Of a stretch of 64,000 nucleotides of DNA, positions 9,799-17,845 are shown piece by piece. The notes under the pieces were generated by a model. It saw nothing but the letters and a program-made list of their open reading frames with translations, searched no databases and was not told the DNA's origin. The DNA is from an uncultured candidate division Zixibacteria bacterium (lineage in GTDB: Bacteria; Zixibacteria; MSB-5A5; UBA10806; 4484-95). The translations under genes were made by a program, and so were the position numbers. The DNA lies in assembly GCA_963668625.2 (NCBI GenBank), contig CAXXKA010000010.1, positions 288,001 to 352,000 of the forward strand, in the 5' to 3' direction. The first letter of the stretch is position 1, and every line of letters begins with the position of its first letter.

Positions 9799-10779
9799 AT
9801 GGCCAAGAAAGTACTGATTACGGGGATAAACGGATTCGTCGGCTACCATCTGGCGAAACTACTTATAGATGACGGTTGCGATATTGTCGGGCTGGATATC
9901 AATATCGAGAATATAGATAGAGGCCTTCGGGCACTTTTGAAAGATATCGAACTGATTGGCGGCGATCTTCGCGATGAATATAAAATTAACGAGATATTCG
10001 ATAACCGTAAACTGGATATGGTGATTCACCTGGCGGCGCAATCATCGGTAAAGCTCTCGTTCGAAAATCCGGCCGAGACCTTATCGATAAATGTGAATGG
10101 TACGCTTAATATTCTCGAGTCGATTTCCCGTCTCGAAACGCCGCCCAAAACACTGATTATATCATCCTCCGAAATATACGGGCAGTTGAAACCGGATCAG
10201 GTGCCGGTGACTGAATCGGCGGCCTTAATGCCGGTTAATCCCTACGCCGTTTCCAAAGCCACGGTCGATATGATGTCATATCAATATTTTAAAGCTTACG
10301 GTCTTCCCATTTACTGGGCGCGGGCTTTCTCGCATTCGGGACCCGGCCAGCGAACCGTGGCAGTGCTTTCCGACTGGTGTTTCCAGACCGCTAAAATCGA
10401 GCTGGGAATACGCCAACCGGAGATTTCGATCGGCAACATGGAGGTTACGCGTGACTATACGGATGTTCGCGATATCGCTCGGGGCTATTTGACGATTCTG
10501 GAAAAAGGCCAACCCGGCAAACCATACAACGTCTGTTCCGGTAAGGGATATCGTCTGGATGATCTACTCGATTTAATCATTTCATTCAGTAGTAAAAAAA
10601 TCGAAAAAGTGCCCGATCCCTCACGTCTAAGGCCGGTGGATATACCGATTCTGGTAGGCTCTCCGGAAAGATTGAAAAGCGAGACAGGCTGGCAGCCTCG
10701 AATAGAAATCCAACAAACCCTCAGGGATCTATACGATTATTGGATCGACTATCTGGCGCCCCAAATCGAGAACGATTAG
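9799..10779 (+). CDS. GDP-mannose 4,6-dehydratase/GDP-4-keto-6-deoxymannose reductase-like extended SDR
   Basis: ITGINGFVG, HLAAQSSV, SSSEIYG, PYAVSK, RDYTDVRD, RLRPVD. Confidence 0.85.
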   Translation: MAKKVLITGINGFVGYHLAKLLIDDGCDIVGLDINIENIDRGLRALLKDIELIGGDLRDEYKINEIFDNRKLDMVIHLAAQSSVKLSFENPAETLSINVNGTLNILESISRLETPPKTLIISSSEIYGQLKPDQVPVTESAALMPVNPYAVSKATVDMMSYQYFKAYGLPIYWARAFSHSGPGQRTVAVLSDWCFQTAKIELGIRQPEISIGNMEVTRDYTDVRDIARGYLTILEKGQPGKPYNVCSGKGYRLDDLLDLIISFSSKKIEKVPDPSRLRPVDIPILVGSPERLKSETGWQPRIEIQQTLRDLYDYWIDYLAPQIEND

Positions 10780-10939
10780 GGTGGTCACGATATTTTCATT
10801 TATATAAAAATTTATTAAAACTTATATTACATGTCATAAGTTTAATCATTGTTGTTGACCTGAACTTATTTTTTAATTATTACTGACGATAAATTGTACA
10901 GTTAATTGAAGATACGGTTTTTCTATAAAAGGAGTCATC

Positions 10940-12376
10940 GTGAAAAAGAAAAAAGCAAAAGCCGGAGCCAAAACCAAGGCCGGAACTAAAACTAAAACCG
11001 TGGCAAAGAAAAAAACAGTGAAAAAGACTGCTCCTGCCGCTACTAAAAATGTCAAAGGCGCGCAACTGGCCAAGATGCTCGAGAGCAAGATTCTCGACCG
11101 TGATGCCGTCGTCGGTGTTATCGGTATGGGCTATGTCGGTTTGCCGCTGGCGGTGGAATTCGGCCGTGTAGGTTTGAAAGTACTTGGCATTGATGTTAAC
11201 CCGGCGACCGTTAAAATTCTCAATTCGGGTAAATCGCATGTCGAGGATATCAAGGATTACCAGGTTAAAGAACTCACCGACTTGAAACGCCTGCAATGCA
11301 CAACCGATTTTTCGGTATTGAAAAATGCCGATTGCGTAACCATTGCCGTTCCGACTCCGCTCAATAAAACCAAAGATCCCGATGTCTCATTCATTCTGTC
11401 GGCGGTGAACCAGATCAAGGAATACCTTCACCCGGGACAGCTTGTCGTTCTCGAATCGACCACCTATCCCGGTACAACCGAGGAACTCATTCTGCCGATG
11501 CTGGAGGAGAGAGGTTTCAAAGTCGGTACCGATTTCTTCCTGGCTTTTTCGCCTGAGCGTGTCGATCCCGGCAACCCGACATACGGTACGCATAATACGC
11601 CGAAAGTGGTCGGTGGCGTAACCCCGGCTTGCTCGAGAGTCGCTAAAGCGCTGTACGAGCAGATTATCACTAAGGTCATCCCGGTTACCTCTACGAAAGC
11701 CGCTGAGATGGTCAAACTTCTGGAGAACACTTTCCGCTCGGTAAACATAGGTCTGGTAAACGAGGTAGCCTTAATGTGTGATCGTCTCGAGATAGATGTC
11801 TGGGAGGTTATCGATGCCGCGGGTACCAAGCCATTCGGTTTCATGCCTTTCTATCCCGGCCCCGGTTTGGGAGGACACTGTATACCGATCGACCCGCATT
11901 ATCTTTCATGGAAATTGCGTTCGCTCAACTATTACGCCCGCTTTATCGAGCTGGCCGGAGATATCAACTCCAGTATGCCCGAATATGTAGTCGAGAAAGT
12001 GACGGGCGCTTTAAACAGCCATAAAAAATCACTGCGCGGCTCTAAGGTACTGGTGATGGGTGTAGCATACAAGAAAGATATCAGTGATGTTCGCGAATCG
12101 CCCGCTCTGGATATTATCAGGATATTGGAACGTAAGGGAGCCAATGTCACTTATGTAGACCCTTATGTTACGCATCTCACTCTGGATGGCGGCCAGAAAT
12201 ATAAAGCCACACCGATAAGCGCTAAATTAGTCTCAAGCGCCGATTGCGTTGCCATAGTTACCAATCATAGTGATTTCAACTATCAATGGATCGTTGATAA
12301 AGCTAAGTTGGTTGTCGATACTCGGAACGCCACCAAGCTGGTGAAAAACGGCCGTAAGAAAATATTCAAGCTGTAA
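10940..12376 (+). CDS. UDP-N-acetylglucosamine 6-dehydrogenase-like nucleotide-sugar dehydrogenase with Lys/Ala-rich N-terminal extension
   Basis: GMGYVGLP, VPTP, ESTTYPGTT, FSPER, KLLENTFR, GGHCIPIDP, RESPA. Confidence 0.92.
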   Translation: MKKKKAKAGAKTKAGTKTKTVAKKKTVKKTAPAATKNVKGAQLAKMLESKILDRDAVVGVIGMGYVGLPLAVEFGRVGLKVLGIDVNPATVKILNSGKSHVEDIKDYQVKELTDLKRLQCTTDFSVLKNADCVTIAVPTPLNKTKDPDVSFILSAVNQIKEYLHPGQLVVLESTTYPGTTEELILPMLEERGFKVGTDFFLAFSPERVDPGNPTYGTHNTPKVVGGVTPACSRVAKALYEQIITKVIPVTSTKAAEMVKLLENTFRSVNIGLVNEVALMCDRLEIDVWEVIDAAGTKPFGFMPFYPGPGLGGHCIPIDPHYLSWKLRSLNYYARFIELAGDINSSMPEYVVEKVTGALNSHKKSLRGSKVLVMGVAYKKDISDVRESPALDIIRILERKGANVTYVDPYVTHLTLDGGQKYKATPISAKLVSSADCVAIVTNHSDFNYQWIVDKAKLVVDTRNATKLVKNGRKKIFKL

Positions 12377-12401
12377 TGGCTCTGAAATAAGCTATCGATT
12401 T

Positions 12402-12433
12402 TAAAACCGGGGCGGCTGTCCCGGTTTTTTTTA
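12402..12433 (+). terminator. intrinsic terminator
   Basis: AAAACCGGGGC..GTCCCGGTTTTTTTT after the dehydrogenase stop. Confidence 0.8.
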
Positions 12434-13111
12434 TTGATCCTTATTATTTCTCCGGATTATAATCGGTAAAATAAATTTCTGATATGATTTCACTGAGGAG
12501 GAAAGAATCCTTCCCTTCCTGCTGTTTTCATGCAGTCTATCGCCGAGAACGGATGAATAAAGGATTTCGCCTGCCTGCCGGATCAGGTATGTTTTCAATG
12601 CTTCCGCGAATTTTAGAATCAGGTACATATATCTAGCTGAATTTTGCATGAATAATAATAGCACGTAAGGCCTATTAAGTCGAGCAGGTGCATTCTCTTT
12701 TAAAAGAAAATTTATACTCGCAATTATATATGATGATTCTTTAAAATAGTTGACATAAGTTATGATTTTATATATTTTCGATTTTTGTTAGATTAGCTTG
12801 AACCCAGCTAATTGGATTATCTGCTCGTTTATTAGTGAGAGCCGGGTTAATTATAACTGAAAATTGATTGATATATGTATAGCTCATTTAATTATAATGA
12901 ATTATGCGAGGCAAAACGAACCTGTGTTAAATTATTAAGTTTAAGTCAAAGATTAGCTTGCGTAGCTCGGTTAAAAAGATTAACTTTATCGATTGTTGAG
13001 CGAATCGAAAGCAATTGAGCTAAACGATTCGGTGGTTAGTACCTTATCGCGTTTAGGTACTGGAACTTTGACGTGAAAAATAAAAACATTTAAAAATAGC
13101 GGGAGATTGGA

Positions 13112-14542
13112 ATGGCAAAAAGAGCATTGTTATTATTTCTTATGGTTGCGGTTTTAACTACCGTGGCCAATGCTGGGGGGTTCGCTTTATCTGGTGTTGG
13201 TTCGAAAGCTATTGGTATGGGCGGAGCATTCAGAGGGTTGGCGGATAATTGGTCTGCTGCCTATTGGAATCCGGCCGGATTGGCTCAACTTGAAGAGTCC
13301 GAATTGAATTTTATGGCGATCGCGATTAACCCGGTTCCCAAAATGAAACCCAATATTACTTACGGCGATTATGAAGTAGGTTACAAAAACGGCGAATGGC
13401 GCTATCCTCAGAACAAAACTCACATTGCAGCCAATATGTCCGGTTTTATAAAACTCTCCTCGCGTGAGGATATGACTATCGGGCTTGCGATTTTTGCTCC
13501 CTATGCTCTGGGCAGCAGGTGGAATCTTTTCAATCCGATAAATGGTGATGCGGTTGAGGAGTATCCCAAATGGGATCACGAGGCTACCCTCAAAGTGATT
13601 GATTTCCATCCCTCGATCGCCAAGTCGTTTATGGATGAAAAATTGATGCTGGGCGCTGGAGTTTCCATATACAAGGGGACTATCGATTTCCAGAAAACCC
13701 TGCCGATGCAAACATCATTACCCATACCGCACAATAACCTTGCTATCGATACTTTCCTTAAAGGCGATGGCTGGGGTTATGGCGCGAATTTCGGATTGCT
13801 GTATAAATTGAATGATAAATTACAGGTTGGTATCAGCGGAAAAACTCCCTCGAAACTTAAATTCGAGGGCGATGTATCCAATGCGTTATACGCTATCTAT
13901 AATCAGGCATTGCAAAATACTCTTCTGGGACAGGCTTACACCCTGGCCGACTCCATTTTGCTTAACTATGTATTTTCTACTCCGGAAGATGGCGCAAGAA
14001 GATGGAAAAGCGACGCTAAAGCGGATCTCAAGTTGCCCGGCGATATCGGCATAGGTTTCGCGTATAAGGCCACCGAGAAATTAACGATGACTCTGGATTT
14101 TAGTTACACTTTGTGGTCAAACCTCGACTCGATCATCATAGAACTCGATCCGACCACTACTTCCGGTGATGCTCCTCCTGGCGGCGCTGACGAACTGGTG
14201 ATTAGAACCAAGTGGGAGGATGTACTCAGGGTGAGTGTCGGTGGTTTATATTATGTCGCCGATCCCCTGGATGTGCGTTTCGGATTCTATTACGATCCTA
14301 CGCCGATTCCTGATGAAACATTCAGTCCTCTCTTTCTTGATATAGGTGATAAATACAGTTTCAATATTGGTTTGGCATACAGAATATCTAAACTCGAGTT
14401 CGGATACAATTTCGAGTACATCTATTTCGCTCCCAGGAGTATTGACCCTGACGGTAGCGCCGGTGATGATCTGGATAATTATCCCGGAGACTATGAGGCT
14501 CATCTTATTGCCAACCATCTTTCTCTAACTTATAGATTTTAA
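13112..14542 (+). CDS. OmpP1/FadL/TodX family outer-membrane transporter
   Basis: signal peptide, GMGGAF..LAD..SAAYWNPAGL, RFGFYYDPTPIP, C-terminal YRF. Confidence 0.88.
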   Translation: MAKRALLLFLMVAVLTTVANAGGFALSGVGSKAIGMGGAFRGLADNWSAAYWNPAGLAQLEESELNFMAIAINPVPKMKPNITYGDYEVGYKNGEWRYPQNKTHIAANMSGFIKLSSREDMTIGLAIFAPYALGSRWNLFNPINGDAVEEYPKWDHEATLKVIDFHPSIAKSFMDEKLMLGAGVSIYKGTIDFQKTLPMQTSLPIPHNNLAIDTFLKGDGWGYGANFGLLYKLNDKLQVGISGKTPSKLKFEGDVSNALYAIYNQALQNTLLGQAYTLADSILLNYVFSTPEDGARRWKSDAKADLKLPGDIGIGFAYKATEKLTMTLDFSYTLWSNLDSIIIELDPTTTSGDAPPGGADELVIRTKWEDVLRVSVGGLYYVADPLDVRFGFYYDPTPIPDETFSPLFLDIGDKYSFNIGLAYRISKLEFGYNFEYIYFAPRSIDPDGSAGDDLDNYPGDYEAHLIANHLSLTYRF

Positions 14543-14550
14543 TCGGGAGG

Positions 14551-15840
14551 ATGATGATGAAAAAATTAGCGATTTTAGGTTTGATTTCAATACTGGCTTT
14601 TATGGGATGTACCAATGACGACAACCCCCTGGATCCGGTTTATGAATCGGGAAGCATGACCCGTGGATTCGTTAACTCTACCAGCCTGCAGGGGAATCTT
14701 TCCGAGGTGCCTTTCGGCCGTGCCATTTACGTTTACGAGCCACCTGATTACCAGATTGCCAGCGTGGACTCTTATGAGGTTTATATCGATTCCACTCAAC
14801 CGGGTGGCTATCACTATGACACCACCTATGTCAATTATGTTGTTACTGCTGCCGATTACCCGGTGCTTTACCTGCTTCACGGTTATGGTTTCGACCATGC
14901 TTATTACCGGGATCTATTCTTGCTGCAGGATATCATGGATGAGATGATTACAAACGGTGAAATTATCCCGATGTTAGTGGTAACTCCCGATTGCAGCAAC
15001 GATTTCGGCGGTAGTTTTTACACCAACTCGCCAGTCATAAATTCATTGGATGGTGGTGGTAGCCCAATTGCTGCCTCGTTTGCCGGTAATTTCGAGGATT
15101 TCGTGGTTAACGATCTTATCGACTATATGAACGAGAGATTCAGCGCCGACACGACTGCCGCCGGCAGAGCTATTGGCGGTCATTCGATGGGCGGATATGG
15201 AGCCATGAAACTGGCTATGAAATATCCCGAACTGTTTAGTTCTGTTTCATCCATGTCAGGTGTGCTGGCATTCGATTATATGGAATTATTGTTGCCGTCA
15301 TTGTTTGACGAAAACGGCCTTACGGTAGACGACACCACCGGTTTTTACACCATGGAACCATCGGGACAGAAAAGGCTGACCTCCATGGCTTTCGCGATGG
15401 GCGCCGCTTTCAGCCCGCATGATCATCTGAATTTCGCCGATTCGACATATTTCCATCGTTTGTTAGATGTTCCCCTAATGGTTGGTATTGATTTGCCGTT
15501 CGATTATCACGCGGAATTAGTCAAGGATGATTCGCTTTCGATGTGGTGGAAATGGCAAAATAACGACCCGACTTATATGTTAAGCACGGGCGCTTATGAA
15601 GCCGGTTTCGCCGACTTACCGATTTATCTGGATTGTGCGGAAACCGATGAACTCGGTTTGCATGCGCATGCTCAGGCTTTCAGCCAGGCTTTAACTACAG
15701 CCGGTATCACCAATTATGAGATCGATTTTTATGAGGGTTATTCGGGTAATCCTGCAGATCACACCACATTTATCGCAGAAAGACTTCGCGAAGTGTTGAA
15801 ATTCCACAGCGATATTTTCCAGGAGCAGATGTCTCAATAG
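14551..15840 (+). CDS. lipoprotein esterase (alpha/beta hydrolase, tributyrin/feruloyl esterase-like)
   Basis: lipobox FMGC, YPVLYLLHG, GHSMGG nucleophile elbow, C-terminal Asp/His. Confidence 0.85.
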   Translation: MMMKKLAILGLISILAFMGCTNDDNPLDPVYESGSMTRGFVNSTSLQGNLSEVPFGRAIYVYEPPDYQIASVDSYEVYIDSTQPGGYHYDTTYVNYVVTAADYPVLYLLHGYGFDHAYYRDLFLLQDIMDEMITNGEIIPMLVVTPDCSNDFGGSFYTNSPVINSLDGGGSPIAASFAGNFEDFVVNDLIDYMNERFSADTTAAGRAIGGHSMGGYGAMKLAMKYPELFSSVSSMSGVLAFDYMELLLPSLFDENGLTVDDTTGFYTMEPSGQKRLTSMAFAMGAAFSPHDHLNFADSTYFHRLLDVPLMVGIDLPFDYHAELVKDDSLSMWWKWQNNDPTYMLSTGAYEAGFADLPIYLDCAETDELGLHAHAQAFSQALTTAGITNYEIDFYEGYSGNPADHTTFIAERLREVLKFHSDIFQEQMSQ

Positions 15841-15866
15841 CGTTTGCTTACTCGTATAAATTAATT

Positions 15867-15896
15867 AAGCCGGGTCGTAAGCGACTCGGCTTTTCT
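15867..15896 (+). terminator. intrinsic terminator
   Basis: AAGCCGGGTCG-TAAG-CGACTCGGCTTTTCT. Confidence 0.75.
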
Positions 15897-16054
15897 ATTG
15901 CCATAAAGCATTGCCAAGTACGATTATCATCACTCTTTTCACTGAGCAGGATGGAATCCTTTCCTGCTTGCTTTTCGCATGCAGTGCGTGGCCGGGAATG
16001 AATGAACAAAGGACACCGTCCGTCCAGCGATGCAAGTGAAGAGCTTTTTCAACC

Positions 16055-17382
16055 CATTACTGTCCCAACGTTTTGTTTTTGAGTTGCTGTAAGTAGATAA
16101 CTGGCAAGGGATTTTAGCAAAAAATAGAATTTTTCGATTTGAACTTGGAAAGCCGATTTAGCCATACTTCCGAGGGGGGAACTCGGAAGGAGATGGCTGA
16201 TGCATTCAGGCAAGATTCTTTTATCGCAGCTTATGGACTTTGTCCCGAGATACGAATTTCTCAAATGTGTGGGACGTTACCGGGGCAATTACAAGATCAA
16301 AAGCTTTTCCTGCTGGGACCAATATCTTTGCATGGCTTTTGCTCAGCTTACTTACCGAGAGAGTCTGCGGGATATCGAGGCTTGCCTGAGGGCGGCTCAT
16401 GTTAAGCTTTATCATATGGGTATCAGAGGCAAAGTATCACGCAATACTCTAGCTCATGCCAATGAGGTGAGGGATTATCGCATTTATGAGGATTTTACCA
16501 GGACACTTATCAGCACGGCCAGAGGGTTGTATGTTAACGAGCCTTTCGGAGTGGAATTGGAGCAGACTGTTTATGCTCTCGATTCGACTACCATCGATTT
16601 GTGTTTGTCTCTTTTCCCCTGGGCTGAATTCAGGCGAAGGAAGGGAGCTATAAAGATGCACACTCTTCTGGATTTGCGCGGCAATATACCCAGCATGGTA
16701 ATTGTTACTCCCGGAAAGGTTCATGATGTAAATATCCTGGATAATCTGATGGTGGAAGCCGGCGCGATTTATATTCTGGACAAGGCTTATATAGATTATG
16801 CTCGTCTATACGGCATTCACAAATCTCTGGCATTTTTTGTAACTCGTGCCAAGAAGAACTTCAACTACAGACGCCTTTACTCTCATCCCAAGAATGTAAA
16901 AGCCGGAATAAGAAGTGACCAGACGGTTATGCTTAAAGGTTATTATGCCGGATTAGATTATCCTGAGAAGCTCAGACGCATAAGTTATATTGATCAGATA
17001 TTGGACAAACGCTTTATCTTTCTGACCAATAACTTTGATTTACCGGCAATAACAATTGCTGAACTATATCGCTGTCGTTGGCAGGTGGAACTGTTCTTCA
17101 AATGGATTAAAAGCCATCTCAGGATAAAGAAGTTTTTCGGGCTATCAGACAATGCAGTCAAGACTCAGATATGGATAGCAATCAGCATCTATGTGCTGGT
17201 AGCGATAGTGAAGAAACGTTTAAATCTTAGAGCGAGCTTATATCAAATTCTACAGATTTTAAGCGTTACCCTGTTTGAGAAAATCCCTATAGAACAAGCA
17301 CTTAGCGATATTGATACGGAAGAAATTATAACCGAAATCCCTAACCAATTGAAACTATTCAACTAACGTTGGGACAGTAGTG
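16055..17382 (+). mobile_element. complete IS4-family insertion sequence (1328 bp)
   Basis: TIRs CATTACTGTCCCAACGTT (16055-72) and AACGTTGGGACAGTAGTG (17365-82); 9-bp TSD TTTTCAACC at 16046-54 and 17383-91. Confidence 0.95.
16200..17366 (+). CDS. IS4-family DDE transposase (DUF4372 + DDE_Tnp_1)
   Basis: ESLRDIE, ALDSTTI, DKAYID, YRCRWQVELFFKWIK (YREK motif). Confidence 0.95.
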   Translation: MHSGKILLSQLMDFVPRYEFLKCVGRYRGNYKIKSFSCWDQYLCMAFAQLTYRESLRDIEACLRAAHVKLYHMGIRGKVSRNTLAHANEVRDYRIYEDFTRTLISTARGLYVNEPFGVELEQTVYALDSTTIDLCLSLFPWAEFRRRKGAIKMHTLLDLRGNIPSMVIVTPGKVHDVNILDNLMVEAGAIYILDKAYIDYARLYGIHKSLAFFVTRAKKNFNYRRLYSHPKNVKAGIRSDQTVMLKGYYAGLDYPEKLRRISYIDQILDKRFIFLTNNFDLPAITIAELYRCRWQVELFFKWIKSHLRIKKFFGLSDNAVKTQIWIAISIYVLVAIVKKRLNLRASLYQILQILSVTLFEKIPIEQALSDIDTEEIITEIPNQLKLFN

Positions 17383-17488
17383 TTTTCAACCATCTCCTGA
17401 ATTTTGGAACCAGTGGCACCGACTTAAGTCGGCAGGATAAAAGCTACCGGCCCTGTGACCGGTGATAGTTTACTGCCATAAAGCATTG

Positions 17489-17692
17489 TCAAATACGATT
17501 ATCATCATTCTTTTTCGTATCTTGCTTTTCATGACCAATCCTGGCGATATTTTTAGGTTTTATCATCATATCAATCCCGATACAGATAATTAGAATAGGC
17601 CACGCCCAATCCCATATTCCGCCATGAATTATGCCCGCATTTTTCAATAAATATATGATGCCCAGGGCAACCAGAAAAATTCCTAGCCACAT
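17489..17692 (-). CDS. small membrane protein (DUF5668/LiaI-LiaF-like TM hairpin)
   Basis: GIFLVALGIIYLLKN.G...WPILIICIG. Confidence 0.7.
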   Translation of the reverse strand: MWLGIFLVALGIIYLLKNAGIIHGGIWDWAWPILIICIGIDMMIKPKNIARIGHEKQDTKKNDDNRI

Positions 17693-17845
17693 ATCATCTC
17701 CCTTTTCTATGTATTAGTAGAATTCTCTTTTTATTACATCTTTGCTCTTTTTTCCGATATTGATCGTTCAGTTATTTGCCGGTATAACGATACCAATAAA
17801 TAAAACTTGGAACTTAATGACCAAATGTATATTATTATAATTAAT

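Noticed and set aside
13112-14542. T9SS PorV
   Set aside because: Shares the NPAGL motif, but the length (476 aa) and the YDPTPIP C-terminal motif fit OmpP1/FadL
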